From NCBI RefSeq assembly GCF_009914755.1, contig NC_060926.1: a DNA stretch of 64,000 nucleotides; one strand, given 5' to 3'. The translations under genes were made by a program, and so were the position numbers. This stretch comes from the human T2T-CHM13v2.0 reference genome, Homo sapiens. The notes under the pieces are model-generated. The model was not told the origin of the DNA. It searched no databases and worked only from the letters and a program-made list of their open reading frames with translations. Shown here piece by piece: positions 12,867-30,980 of the stretch. Numbering within the stretch: position 1 is the stretch's first letter; each line of letters starts with the position of its first letter.

Positions 12867-13640
12867 CACTGCTTTAATACTTTTAGAGGCCCTCAAAATC
12901 ACAAACTATGCTCCACTTACTTTCTACATTCCCATAACTTTCAAAATCTATTTTCCTCCTCACACTTGATGCATATACTTTCTGTCCCTCCTTCAGCTGT
13001 ACTCACTCTTTGTTGAGTCTCCCACAATTACCATTGTTCCTGGCCCTGACTTCAATCTTGCCTCCCACATTATTACTGGTACCACACCTGACCCCCATGA
13101 CTGTATCTCTCTGATCCACCTGACATTCACTCAGTTTCCCTATATTTCCTTCTTTCCTGTTCCTCACCCTGATCACATTTGGTTTATTGATGGCAGTTCC
13201 ACCAGGCCTAATTGTCACTCACCAGCAAAGGCAGGCTATGCTATAGTATCTTCCACATCTATCCTTAATGGTACCACTCTGCCCCACTTCACTACCTCTC
13301 AGCAAGCCGAACTCATTGGTGTAACTCAAGCCCTCACTCCTGCAAAGGGACTATATGTCAACATTCCTACTGACTCTAAATATGCCTTCCATATCCTGCA
13401 CCTTCATGCTGTTATATGGGCAGAAAAACATTTCCTCACTGCGCAAGTGTCCTCCATCATTAACGCCTCCTTAATAAAAACTCTTCTTAAAGCCGCTTTA
13501 CTTCCAAAAAAGCTGGAGTCATTCATTGCAAAGGCCATCAAGGGGCCTCAGACTCCATTGCTCAAGGCAACAATTATGCTGATAAGACAGCTAAAAAGCA
13601 GCCAGTATTCCTACTTCTGTCCCTCATGGCCAGTTTATCT
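12867..13640 (+). pseudogene. pol: HERV-H pol remnant (tether and RNase H only; RT core and integrase missing)
   Basis: WFIDGSS at 13180 and downstream SQQAEL and TDSKYAF motifs; frameshifted. Confidence 0.8.
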
Positions 13641-13669
13641 CCTTCTCATCTTTTCACTTTACATTTACA

Positions 13670-14230
13670 GTCTTGCCTTATAAAACGTCTCTTCTTCCTC
13701 TGGCTCCTCCACCTACAGGTGTCTACCTGCTAATTGGACAGGCACATGCACACTAGTTTTACTTACTCCCAAAATTCAATTTGCAAGTAGGACCAAACAG
13801 CTTCCCATTCCCCTCATGACACCAACACTTCACCACTATTTTATTTTATTTTTCTTATTAATATAAGAAGACAGGAATAGGCCTCAACTTACTCACTGCT
13901 GAAAAAGGAGGACTCTGTATATTTTTAAATGAAGAGTGGTGTTTTTATCTAAATCAATCTGGCCTAGTATATGATGACATAAAAAAAAAGACCCTCAAGA
14001 ATAGACCCCAAAAACTTGCCAACCAAGCAAATAATCATGCTGAACCCCTTTGGGCACTCTCTAATTAGATGCCCTGGGTCCTCCCAATTCTTAGTCCTTT
14101 AACACCTGTTTTTCTCCTTCTCTTATTCAGACCTTGTGTCTTCCATTTAGTTTCTCAATTCATACAAAACCACATCCAGGCCATCACCAATCATTCTATA
14201 TGACAAATGCTTCTTCTGACATCCCCACAA
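13670..14230 (+). pseudogene. env: HERV-H env remnant (end of SU and part of TM)
   Basis: CLPANWTGTCTLV at 13720; GLNLLTAEKGGLCIFLNEEWCFYLNQSG at 13880 (partial immunosuppressive domain; CX6CC mutated to CX6WC). Confidence 0.85.
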
Positions 14231-14431
14231 TATTGCCCCTTACCACAAAATCTTCCTTCCCTTCAGCTTAACCTCTCCCACTCGAGGTTTCCATGCCACC
14301 CCAATCCTGCTCGAAGCAGCCCTGAAAAACATCACCCATTATCTCTCCATACCACCCCCCAAAATTTTTGCCACCCCAACACTTCGCCACTGTCTTGTTT
14401 TGTTTTTCTTATTAATACAAGAAGACAGTAA

Positions 14432-14797
14432 TGTCAGGCCTCTGAGCCTAAGCCTGCAGGTACACATCCAGGTGGCCTGAAGCAACTGAAAAATCGCAAA
14501 AGAAGTGAAAATCAGTTCCTGCCTTAACTGATGACATTACCTTGTGAAATTCCTTCTCCTGGCTCAGAAGCTCCCCCACTGAGCACCCCTTGTGACCCCT
14601 GCCCCTGCCCACAAGAGAACAACCCCCTTTGACTGTAATTTTCCACTACCTCCCCAAATCCTATAAAACTGCCCTACCCTTACCTTCCTCTGCTGACTCT
14701 CTTTTCAGACTCAGCCTGCCTGCACCCAGGTGATTAAAAAGCTTTATTGCTTACACAAAGCCTGTTTGGTGGTCTCTTCACGTGGACACACGTGACA
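14432..14797 (+). mobile_element. HERV-H 3' LTR
   Basis: 'tgtcaggcctctgagcc...cgtgaca', preceded by PPT 'aagaagacagtaa'; roughly 86% identical to the 5' LTR by hand alignment. Confidence 0.92.
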
Positions 14798-14998
14798 CCA
14801 ATGAGTTACAGAAGCGTGTACACCATTTCAAGGTTACAGAAATAATGCGGGTTGGATTCTGCTAACACAGGTTATGGGATTGGGAAAAAGAGAAATTCTA
14901 TTGAGGGGCAATAAATGATTGCTGGGGAGAATGATTGGATCTTGGAACAGAGATTAACCTGTTAGTAGTTTCTTTGGAATTTAAATGCTCCTTGGAGA

Positions 14999-16121
<1,123 letters not shown>

Positions 16122-16412
16122 GAGATAGTTATTGTAACTCCTAAAAATGTCTGCTTAGGTGTGGTCACATGTTGATCTTTTTTACTGCAATATATAATGA
16201 AATAACAGTGAGGTAAAGAAATAACAATTTTTCTTTTTGGTGGTTTTGTATCTTAGGCAGATAAAGGGAATTCAGCCTCTTTGAGAGAGATGGTGTGGAT
16301 GTAGGGGAAGGTCAGAGAGACCTTGAGACTTCTACTAGTCACCATGTCAAAACCCCATATTTTCAGCATTGATTTCTGAGCCGTGGCACTAATTTATACC
16401 TGATTAATGATA

Positions 16413-16413
16413 T

Positions 16414-16444
<31 letters not shown>

Positions 16445-16724
16445 TGTGACGGAGTCTCACTCTGTCACCCAGGCTGGAGTGCAGTGGTGAGATCTTGGCT
16501 CACTGAAACCTCTGCCTCCCAGGTTCAAGCAGTTCTTCTGCCTCAGCCTCCTGAGTAGCTGGGATTACAGGCATGTGCCACCACCCCTGGCTAGTTTTCG
16601 TATTTTTAGTAGAGACAGGGTTTCATCATGTTGGTCAGGCTGGTCTCAAACTCCTCACCTCATGATCCACCCACCTTGGCCTCCCAAAGTGCTGGGATTA
16701 CAAGCATGAGCCACTGCGCCCGGC
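16413..16724 (-). mobile_element. AluS with (TTTA)n tail
   Basis: Antisense Alu dimer; TSD ATGATATTTA. Confidence 0.9.
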
Positions 16725-17556
16725 TAAGATGATATTTAAATAAGACTTTGGACTTCAGACTTTTGAGTGTATGCAAGAGTGAATTAGCACTGTTGGCACC
16801 ATTGAGATGGAATAAATGTAGTTTGCATGCAAGAAGGACATGAATTTGGTGGGATTGGAGGTAGAATGTCATGGTCTGAATGTCTGAACATTTCTTTTTT
16901 TTTTTGTTTTTTTAATTATACTTTAAGTTTTAGGGTACATGTGCACAATGTGCAGGTTTGTTACATATGTATACATGTGCCATGTTGGTGTGCTGCACCC
17001 ATTAACTCGTCATTTAACATTAGGTATATCTCCTAATGCTATCCCTCCCCCCTCCCCCCTCCCCCCACCCCACAACAGGCCCCAGTGTGTGATGTTCCCC
17101 TTCCTGTGTCCGTGTGTTCTCATTGTTCAATTTCCACCTATGAGTGAGAACATGTGCTTTTTTTTTTTTGTCCTTGCGATAGTTTGCTGAGAATGATGGT
17201 TATTTCTATCCTCTTCAAAGTTATGTGTCTCAATCCTAACCATCAATTTGATGGTATTCAGAGGTACAACCTTTGGGAGGTGACTAATTGATGAGGTTGG
17301 AGCTGTCATGAATGGGATGACTCATGACTCTCCTTACAAAAGAAGCCACTAGAGACCTTCTTGGCTCCTTTCAATATTTGAGGACACATAGTGAAAGCAC
17401 CATCTATGAACCAAGAAGTTGCCTTCACCAGACACCAAATTTGCTGATGCCTTGATCTTGGAATCCTCAGCCTACAGATTGTGAGACACAAATTTCTATT
17501 ATTAATAAGCCACCAATTATGGTATTATGTTATAGCAGCCAGAACATACTAAGACA
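16725..17556 (+). mobile_element. MLT1A-type internal 3' end and LTR (LTR ~16867-17556, split by an L1PA fragment)
   Basis: 'gaaggacatgaatttgg...tagaa|tgtcatggtctgaatgt' int/LTR border; LTR end 'ttatagcagccagaacatactaagaca'. Confidence 0.8.
16896..17201 (-). mobile_element. 5'-truncated L1PA 3' end (~300 bp)
   Basis: PolyT then 'ttatactttaagttttagggtacatgtgcacaatgtgcagg'; TSD ATTTCT. Confidence 0.9.
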
Positions 17557-17741
17557 TTTATTCAATATGTTTTACTAAGTACCTCGTGTGCATTCGAACT
17601 GTGTTAGGTTTTACTTTAAGGACATCTATTTTATATGCTTTATGCTAAATTATGCTAAATACAAGCACATTTCTTCCCTCTTACTTTTTAATCCTTAGGT
17701 AGGATTCCAACAAGGGAGTAGGCAGCATAGACTCAATATAA

Positions 17742-18081
<340 letters not shown>

Positions 18082-18167
18082 CCTACAGGAATATTTTTTA
18101 AAATAAAATTAAAAAGACAGTTACCATGTTTTCAAAATTAAATATTAGCTTAATTCCATCAATGCGT

Positions 18168-18168
<1 letters not shown>

Positions 18169-18211
<43 letters not shown>
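18169..18211. repeat. (TAT)n microsatellite, ~14 units
   Basis: Direct reading. Confidence 0.95.
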
Positions 18212-19445
18212 TTTGTAGTTTAAACTTCTAAAGCCTAAACTAAATTTCTGTGTTGTTTGGGCTGTGGCATCACAGATCCCATATTAAGGCAAGGTCACTC
18301 TTGCTTTTTTTTTTCCCCATTGCACTTAAGTGTTTGTTTATTGAATCACAGAACATAACTTGAAGGAACCTTAAGAAAGTATTGCACAAAACTACCAGGG
18401 AGAACTAGACTGTCATTAAGTTTACAAATAAGTTTTTATAGACTAAGCACTAGGCTTCTGAGGAAAACTCAACCATAATAGCTTTCGCGTACTTCAGCAA
18501 GTACTTGTTTCTGTGTGATTTACAGATTTTTGCATATATACACCTACATTTATTTTTGCAATATAATCCAGTTCTAGAATAGATAAAGAAAACCATTAAC
18601 TCTCCATTTCTCTCATTAAATGGGAGTTTATATACAACAAAGACACTGTTCAGAAATGTGTTAGGAACTGATTATATCTAAAAAGCACATAAGGGAATGC
18701 TGAAAAATAAATCATGTCTACGCAGAAATTTCTCATTTCCATTTGATTTGTAAGCCTTCCAAAATTCCATTTTTTTTGTTTTTAAGATGTTATCAAGCAA
18801 TTAAAAGTGTGTATTTGCAGGTTGGGAAGAAAGCCATTATTACACAAATTCAGTAGATGATAGCGATTATTGTTAAACTAAGTTATAGGGCATCAGAGTT
18901 CACTCATAAAGCAACAGCATCTTATCACCTTGATAAGCCTCCTGTAAGGCTAGAGGCAGGTATAATAAAGTCTGCTGAAGAAACCCAGTGCCAGGTCAGG
19001 GGAATGTAGAAATTATCACCACCCCAAGGAGACTTCTTTATAATTTTTTTAACTCTGGTTCCTGGGGTATAATTACTTTACTGTCCATCTTTTGCCCCAC
19101 CTGCCTAAATCATCACATTGCTACTCAGCTCAGTCCTGCTAACTCTACTTCCTTCCAGGTAAGATTTTTTTTCAGATCTTTTAAGCACGCTCAAATCTCT
19201 CTTACATTTTCACCTTTTGAGAGGAGAAAATTCTTGAAGTAACAAAGGAGGAAACTCCTGACATCGTTCAAGTTAGGGAGTTTTAGAATGAGCCAAGGAC
19301 AATACTCCTGCTGCTTGTGATATTACATCATGTGGCCATCTCTACCCATATGCAACACAAGCCTTGATGACCAACGGAGTTCGAATAACCATTATTTTAT
19401 TATTATTATCAATTATTTTTTCTTTCTTTAAAAAATTTTATTTTT

Positions 19446-19505
19446 AGGGCCTTTCTGACAAAACCCGGAAAGACTGCTAGACAATTCTAAAACAGCTGTA
19501 ACACT
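19446..19505 (-). pseudogene. U7 snRNA processed pseudogene (RNU7-P type)
   Basis: Reverse complement AGTGTTACAGCTGTTTTAGAATTGTCTAGCAGTCTTTCCGGGTTTTGTCAGAAAGGCCCT matches U7; decayed polyA at 19394-19445; TSD TCGAATAACCATT/TCAAATAACTATT. Confidence 0.92.
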
Positions 19506-19836
19506 TCAAATAACTATTCTTAAAGAGCTGTACTAAAAGTCTGTGTCCTCAAAATTAGAAGTGGTCTTTTAGACCAAATCTACTTAAAATGTAGTCTGTG
19601 ACCTTGTATCATCCTCTGAAACTTTTGCTTCCAGACTGTGTTAAGTATGGAAATGGAGAGTGTTTAGAAACTTTCATAGCTATTTGATAAAATCTAGTGA
19701 TTCTTAGAGTGAAAATTAACATTGATCTTACTTTCTTGATCTTTTTTAATACTTCATTTTTCTAGTAATTTATTTTACTGTATTCGTAAAAGCATTGGTT
19801 AGTGACAGATTTTAAAATAAAAAAAACTATCCTTCA

Positions 19837-20143
19837 GGCCAGGTGCAGTGGCTTGCACCTGTAATCTCAGTACTTTGGGAGGCCGCGGCAGAAAGATTGC
19901 TTCAGGCCAGGAGTTCAAGACCAGCCTGGTCAATACTATGAGACCTCACCTTTACTAAAAATTTAAGAATAATAGGCAGGTGTGGTGGTGCACGCCTGTA
20001 GTCCCAGCTACTGGGGAGACTGAGAGAGGAGGATTGCTTGATTCCAGAAGGTCAAGGCTGCAGTGAGCCATAATTATGCCTCTGCATTTCAGCTTGGGTG
20101 ACAGAGTAAGACTGTATCTCTAAAATATATATATATATATATA
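19837..20143 (+). mobile_element. AluJ with (TA)n tail
   Basis: 'ggtcaaggctgcagtgagcc' J diagnostics. Confidence 0.88.
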
Positions 20144-20936
20144 TACTCTTTACCACTCTGATTATAACAAACAATGTTTTAGACCCTTGTATTGTAAAGA
20201 AGCATTGGAAGTTTAGATTATAGCATTGACAATATTTTAATTCCTTTTATCGATTTACTCCAGATAAAATAGATTATAGTTACATGATAAGAAGGGCCCA
20301 TCTCTTTAATCTCAGAGAAACACAGGACAATATCAAGCTTGGCCTGTGAGTATGGATCTGTCTTTATTTTATATTCAGAGAAATGGTAGAAAGGGGTGGA
20401 AGGGAATAAAGGTAATTTACTAATACTTATCTACTTCAAGATGTGTGACTCATTTTTCATTACTGAGACGCATCCCTCCCCCCAGTTTTTTTTGTATTAG
20501 ACAATCACATTAGTTTTGGTTTGGGTATTATAAATAAAAGTAAAGACAGAAAAATATTATAAAATTAAAATTCATAAAGAAGGAAAAATAATGAGAAAAT
20601 GTACACTTGAGAAAGTTACTAATATGGATAAATTTTTTTAATTAAGACAAAAGAAAACAATCTCTTTGGAAGCAATAGATGTAAGTTATTAAGTCCGTCA
20701 ATATACCATGCAAATTGTGATCCAATATAACTTAGTTGCTCTCTGGACAAGCTGGAAATGGTAGAAATATGCAGGAAAATCAGACATCATGGTTTAATTC
20801 AAAGAGTCTCTACCTGCATTTATTTTCTGTTGCTTGGAAATTTGTCTTTAGTATCTATTTTAAAAGTAGACATTCAACATAAACAGAACTATAGCAGGAG
20901 GAAAGGTGAAGTGAAGGAAAGAGAGAGATCCTTTAG

Positions 20937-21285
<349 letters not shown>

Positions 21286-21319
21286 GGAAGAGAAAAGTTG
21301 ATGATAAAAGGAAAGTTCT

Positions 21320-21857
21320 GTTTTTGCTATCTCTTGTTATGTAACAATTTACCCCAAATCTTACTAGATTAAAATAACATCTGTTTATTATTTCAGAGTT
21401 TCCATAGGTCAGAAATCCAGGTAAAGCTAAGCTGGGAACTCTGCATCCTGGTTTCTTATTAGGCTGCAATTAAGGTATTGGCACAGGATGGACAATTTCA
21501 TTTGAAGGCTTGTCTAGGAAAGTATCCACTTCCAAGCTCACCTTGCAAATGGCAGGATTTTAGTTTCCTGTCAGCGGTGAGAGTTAGGGCTTTAACTTTT
21601 GACTGGTAGTTGGTCAGAAGCCATCCCCAACAAGGCAACTGGCTTCATCAAAGTGTGCAAACCAGAAGGCAAGAGAGAGTGAGCCTGCCAGCAAAACGGA
21701 GGTTGTAGTCTTTTCTAACCTAACTGTTGAAGTGATGCATTCTCAATGTGCTGTATTCTATTGATCATAAGCAGCTACTCAAGGGAAGGGGATTATACAG
21801 GCCATTAATACCAGGAAGCAGGAATTAAGGGGCCAGCTTTGGAATCTGTCTACCATA
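21320..21857 (-). mobile_element. MLT1E/F-type MaLR LTR
   Basis: 'tgtaacaatttaccccaaa...ataggtcagaaatccagg' ... 'tctgtctaccata'. Confidence 0.6.
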
Positions 21858-22609
21858 TCATGAAGAAGGTGCAAACAACATGGTGTTGAAAAGAGAAAAT
21901 AATTCATCCTCCTCTGATTGAGTAAAATAAATAAATTATTGTGCCCCAAATTTCAAAGTAAGCAAGATCTTTCTTTATACAACTGAAAGCCAAAAACGTT
22001 GATCTAGCTTTTGGATCCTAGAAAGGAGGAATGTAAAGAAACCTGGAAAACACAAAGAGGAAATAATTTTGATTTCAAAGAGAGAAGAACTAAATGAAGA
22101 ACTATGCCCCTGCCCCAGGGTCAATCATTATATAAACTTATACATGGAGAGTAAATGGGATGCTAATATTCACTGAGGGCAAATTATATTTTTACAGACC
22201 ACACTAGACCATGACTATAAGAGAAACTTACCTGGGTTATAAAAAATACCTATGATAATATTTTATAATATAACCATGTTACAAAAACAGTTAAACAATT
22301 GCCCTAGATTGCAAATAGTTTCATCAATTTAGAAAAAAAGAATATGCCAGCTTATCAATAGTCCTTGAAAATAACCACTTAGGAACATTCTCATAATAAA
22401 AGTTTGTGAATAATCAGTAGTAAGATACCATTTTTCACTTATCAAATTAGGAATTTTGTTCAATTCCAGGGAATAGTATATGTTTAAAATACTTATGGAT
22501 ATGTAAATTGATACATTTCTATAACACAATTAATATTTGATAGCAAGCATCATGAATTTTAAATGTATACACTATCTAAACAAAATTTTTTAATTTTAAT
22601 TGCAATGTC

Positions 22610-24590
<1,981 letters not shown>

Positions 24591-26159
24591 TCTTTATTCT
24601 ACTGCATTAGTCACACTGCTAATAAAGACATACCTGAGATTGGGTAATTTATAAGGAAAGAGGTTTAATGGACTCACAATTCCACATGGCTGGGGAGGCC
24701 TCACAATCATGGCAGAAGGTAAAGGAGGAGCAGAGGCATGTCTTGCCTGGTGTCAGGCAAGAGAGAATGTGTTCAGGGGAACTGCCCCTTATAAAACCAT
24801 CAGATTTCATGAGATTTAATCACTATCATGAGAACAGCACAGGAAAAACCCATCCCCATAATTCAATTACATCCCACTAGGTCCTTCCCACAACATGTGG
24901 GGATTAAGGGAGCTATAATTCAAGATGATATTTGGGTGGGGACACAAACAAACTATATCATTTAGCCCCTGGCTCCTCCCAAATCTCATGTCCTCACATT
25001 TTAAAACCACTCATGCCTTCCCAACAGTCCCTCAAAGTCTTAATTCATTGCAGCATTAACCCAAAAGTCCAAGTCCAAAATCTCACCTGAGACAAGGCAA
25101 GTCTCTTCTGCCCATGAGCCTGTAAAATCAAAAGCAAGTTAGTTACTTTCTAGATACAATGAGGGTACAGGCATTAGGTAAATACAACTATTCCAAATGG
25201 GTGGAAGTGGCAAAAATAAAGGAGCTACAAGCCACATGCAAGTCCAAAATCCAGCAGGGCAGTCAAATCTTAAAGCTCCAAAATGATCTCCTTTGACTCC
25301 ATGTCTCACATCCAGGTCACATTGATGCAAGAGGTAGTTTCCCACGGTCTTGGGAAGCTCCAACCCTGTGGCTTTGCAGGGTACTGCCCCCCTCCTGGCT
25401 GCTTTCATGGGCTGGTATTGAGTGTCTACAGCTTTTTCAGGTGCACAGTGCAAGCTATTGGTGGATCTACCATTCTGGGGTCTGGAGGATGTGTCCTTCT
25501 TCTCACAGTTCCACTATGCAGTGCCACAGAGGGGACTCTATATAGGGGCTCCCACCCCACATTTCCCATCCACACTGCCCTAACAGAGGTTCTCCATGAG
25601 GGCTCTGCACTTGCAGCACACTTCTGTCTGGACATCCAGGTGGTTCCATACATCCTCTGAAATCTAGGTGGAAGTTCCCAAATCTCAGTTCTTGACTTCT
25701 ATGCCCCTGAAGGCTCAACACCACGTGGAAGCTATCATGGCTTGGGTCTTGCACCTTCTGAAGCAATGGCCTGAGGTGTTCATTGGCCACTTTTAGCCAC
25801 AGCTGGAGTGGCTGAGATGCAGGGCACCAAGTCCCAAGGCTGCACAGCCCAGTCCACAAAACCATTTTTTTTCTCCTAGTTCTGGCCTGTGATGAGACGG
25901 GCTGTTATGAAGACTTCTGACATTCCCTGGAAACATTTTCTGCATTTTCTTGTTGAGTAGCATTTAGCTCCTCATTAGTTATGCAAATTTCTGCAGGCAG
26001 CTTGAATTTCTCCCCAGAAAACGGGGTTTTCTTTTCTATTGCATTGTCAGGCTGCAAATTTTCCAAACTTTTATGCTTTGCTTCCTCTTAAACACTTTGC
26101 TGCTTAGAAATTTCTTCTGCCAAATATCCTAAATTATCTCTCTCATATTAAAAGTTCCA

Positions 26160-26452
<293 letters not shown>

Positions 26453-26987
26453 AGTTCCACAGATCTCAAGGGCAGGGGCAAAATGCCACCAGTCTCTTTG
26501 CATAGCAAAAGAGCTTTATTCCATTTCTACACAAGTTCCTTACCTCCATTTGAGAACACCTCAGCCTGGACCTTATTGTCCATATCACTATCAGTATTTT
26601 GGTCAAAGCCATTTAACAAGTCCAAGTCTCCAGGGAGTTCCAAACTTTCCCATATCTTCCTGTCTTCTGAGCCCTCCAAACTATTCCAACCTCTGCCTGT
26701 TCCCCAGTTCCAAAGTCACTTCCACATTTTCGAGTATCTTTACAGTGACACTGCACTACCCGGTACCAATTTACTATATTAGTTCGTTCTCATGCTGCTA
26801 ATAAAGACATACCTGAGACTGGGTGATTTATAAAGAAAAAGAGGTTTAATGGACTCACAATTCCACATGGCTGGAGAGACCTCACAATCATGGCAAAAGG
26901 TGAAGGAGGTGCAAAGTCACATCTTACATGGTGGCAGGCAGGAGAGTGTGTGCAGGGGAACTTCCCTTTATAAAACCATCAGCTCTC

Positions 26988-27315
<328 letters not shown>

Positions 27316-27815
27316 TCAAAAGACTTATTCACTATCACAAAAACAGCATGGGAAAAACCCACCCCCATGATTCAATTACCTCAGGCTGGGTCCCCCCAGG
27401 ATACGTGGGGATTATAAGAGCTACAATTCAAGATGAGATCTGGAGAGGGACACAGCCAAATCATATCATCTACTGTTTAAATAATTCCATGTACCCATGT
27501 ATTCAAATTTGTATTTTGGTTATTCAGTTATTATTCTTTTCAATTCTAGAGCTTTCATTCATACACATACATGCACACACACGTATTTCTACTTTTCTAT
27601 TGATTCCCTATTTGTTGAGTTGTCATCATAATATTTTCCTTTAATTATTTAAGTTGGACTTTATTTACTTTAAATTCGTTTTCCTTAATTATTTGAATAC
27701 AATTATACTTTGCTGATCTAACCTCTAGGTCTATTTTTATTGACTTTAGTCCCCAAGTATTGGTTACATTTTCCTTTTTCTTCTTGTGTATAACTTTTTG
27801 TTCAAAACCATACAT

Positions 27816-29290
27816 TTTATTATTTTAATTTTTATGGATACATAATAGTTGGACATATTTATGAGGTACATGTAATATTTTTGTATAAGTATACAATGTG
27901 CAATAATCAAATCTGGGTAATTGGGATACCCATCCTCTTAAACATTTATCATTTCTTTGTGTTAGTAACATTCCAATTCTGTTCTTTTCATTCTTTTGAA
28001 ATATACAATAAATTATTGCCGATCATAGTCACTCTGGTGTGCTACCGAACACTAGATTTTATTCCTCCTATCTAAACGTATATTTTTTACTCATTAACTA
28101 ACCCCTCTCTATCCTCCCCCCGCCTCCGGGCACTCTGCACTACCCTTTCCGGCCTCTGGTAACCATTATTCTACTCTCTATCTCCATGAGATTAATTTTC
28201 TATTAACTTCCACTTGTGAGTGAGAACATGCACTATTTGTCTTTCTGTGCCTGGCTTATTTCATTTAACATAATGTTCCTCCAGTTTCCTTCCTTCCTTC
28301 CTTCTTTCCTTCTTTCCTTCCTTCCTTCTTTCCTTCTTTCCTTCTTTCTTTCCTTCTTCCTTACTTCCTTTCTTTCTGAGACGGAGTCTCGCTCTGTCAC
28401 CCAGGCTCCAGTGCAGTGGCGCGATCTGGGCTGACTACAACCTCTGCCTCCTGGGTTCACGTCATTCTCCTGCCTCAGCCTCCCGAGTAGCTGGGACCAC
28501 AGGCACCCGCCACCACGCCCGGCTAATTTTTTTGTATTTTTAGTAGAGACGGGATTTCACCATGTTAGCCAGGATGGCCTCGATCTCCTGACCTTGTGAT
28601 CCGCCCTCCTCGGCTTCCCAAAGTGCTGGGATTACAGGCTTGAGCCACTGCGCCTGGCCTCCAGTTTCATCCATGATTTTACAAATGACATCCCTTTGTT
28701 CTCTTTAATGACTAAAAAATATTCCACTGTGCACACGTACTACATTTTATTTATTCATTCATCCATTGGTGAACACTCTGGGTGATTTCCATAGTTTGCC
28801 TATTGTAAACTGTGCTGTCATAAACATGGGTGTGTAAATATCTCTTTCGTATACTGATTTTCTTTTAAATAATTAACCAGCAGTAGTTCTATATTTAATT
28901 TTTGAGTAAATTCCATACTGTTTTTTCATAGTGTACTAATTTACATTCCCCCACACAGTGTATGAGCATTTTTTCTCTGCATCTTCACCAATATACAGTA
29001 TTTTTTATCTTTTTGATAAAACTCATTTTAACTGGAGTGAGATGGTATCTCATTGCATACAATTCAAATATATATTAGAATAGATTTGATTTTCACTCCC
29101 CGATGTTAGTGATGTTGAGCCTTTTTCATGTTTCTGTTGGTCATTTGCATATATTCTTTGAGAAAAGTCTATTCAGATGTTTGGCTTGTTTTTAATTGAA
29201 TTTTTTGTTTTTGTTTTTGCTATTGAGTTGTCTGAGTTTCCTATATAAACTGGTTATCAAAACCAGACATTTCAGATAATATAGCAACTC
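27816..29290 (-). mobile_element. L1MA 3' end (antisense), split by AluY
   Basis: 'tttttatggatacataatagttggacatatttatgaggtacatg' L1MA 3' UTR running into ORF2. Confidence 0.8.
28285..28659 (-). mobile_element. AluY with (TTCC/TTTC)n tail
   Basis: Antisense Alu; TSD TCCAGTTT. Confidence 0.88.
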
Positions 29291-30734
29291 AACTCTCATT
29301 TGCCCCTTAAGATGTGTATGCTTTTGCTGCTGTTGTTTATATGTTTGTTTTTTTGATGACTTGCCTGGATTTCCGTTCTCATGATGTATGGCCACAGATG
29401 TGTTTGTTCATCTTATCTTGTTCTCATTTTTATTTTTTAACCTAGCTGCCCTAGGGGTCACTCTGTGTCTTTATGGCTCTGTGATCAGTCAACGATTTGG
29501 GCAGTAGTGCTTGAACATATTGATTCCATAAAGTTTTGCCTTTTGCTGAAAGGCTTTCTCTGAGGCATACATTCAAAATTCAGCCAGTTCTCAAATACAC
29601 CCTGACTTTTCCTTTCTGCTGGGCCCACGTTGGCCTTCCTTGCACATATGTTTATTTATCCAGTCACTCAGGGAAGTATTAAGAGCTTATCAGATCCTTC
29701 TATGTCTCTCATTTCTAGGTTCTCTCCACTCAATCTATGGGTTATTCACAGCTCTGTAACCGTAAGCTAACAGAGGCACAAGCTTCCCTATTCATTTCCT
29801 CCAAAAATTGCTACTTTAACTAATAAAAGGAATATGGTTTTATATTTCCTGTTCCAAAAAGTCAGCCCACTCTGGCAACATGTCTACTGGTTTTGAGTTA
29901 AGTTGTCACTTCACCTGAAATAGGCAAGGAGGAGGAAAGCATTCCCAGGAAAGAAGGCTGCAGATCCCACTGCCCTTATTAGGCTTCCAGTGGGGTTTCT
30001 TATGAATAAATGCTTCTCCATTAGTTGTTTGTGTTTGCTTGATTTCCAGAGACCTGAAATGCTTATTTTTGACATGTTTCCTACTTTTATATTTTTTGGA
30101 GAGATGATACTTTGATCTTTTCATTCCACAATGCCAGAATCTTCACCCCTGGAAACTAAAGTTAGATTTCCAGTATTTATATGTGACTAGGTTAATTTGA
30201 TCATAGAAGGAGAGTGGCTTTCATAGCTCTTATTCGATTCTACAAGGAATACCTAATCACAAATATTTAAAATTACATAGCATTTACATGCATCATGAGT
30301 AACACTGAAGTATTTAATAAATAGCTGCTGATGAGGGTGGGGCTGAGAGAGTCATGGCTAACCTACAGGTGAGCATGTACACATCAGAGAAAATAATCAG
30401 GACATGATTCAAAGAATGGGGACTCTGAAAGGGATCTCAAACAACCTAACACTTTCAGTTACTACTGTTTGGTAAACTTTATTTTTTAATTCCAGGTGGC
30501 CACCTCCTAACCCTGCCTAATTCCAGGACACAGGGCTAAAGTCTCTGTAGCTAATGAAAGTGCTTTTCAAATACACCTACATACAAAGCCTCTACTCTAT
30601 TTGATTATTTTTCAGCCAAACTGTAAAGTTCAAATGTTGGAACGCCAGTAAAAGAGGCATAAAATGAATCTGATGAGAAGGTGCTTGGTTGATGGGGATA
30701 GATAGAAAAAAGATACATCACAGTTTGGAGGAAT

Positions 30735-30980
30735 AAGATGAAGTGGTTAAGACAACGGACTTAATTTAAGCCTTAAAGGATCTATGCTTAAATTCACCAC
30801 TTGGAAGCTGCATAGTATTAAGACATGTAGTTAACTTCCCTGAGTCTCCTTTTTTTTCATAGAAACTTGGAATAATAGTATGTATTTTATGGGGTCTTTG
30901 TAAAGATTAAATGAGTAAGTTTTTAATAAGACACTCACCTGTACCGTGTTAAGACCTCCATGTGTAAGAACTATTATTCA
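30735..30980 (+). mobile_element. MIR
   Basis: 'gttaacttccctgagtctc...aataatagta...taaagattaaatgag' MIR core. Confidence 0.6.

Noticed and set aside
25139-25865. Overlapping 75-125-aa ORFs in THE1-int
   Set aside because: Fragments of the degenerate MaLR internal region; no continuous frame.
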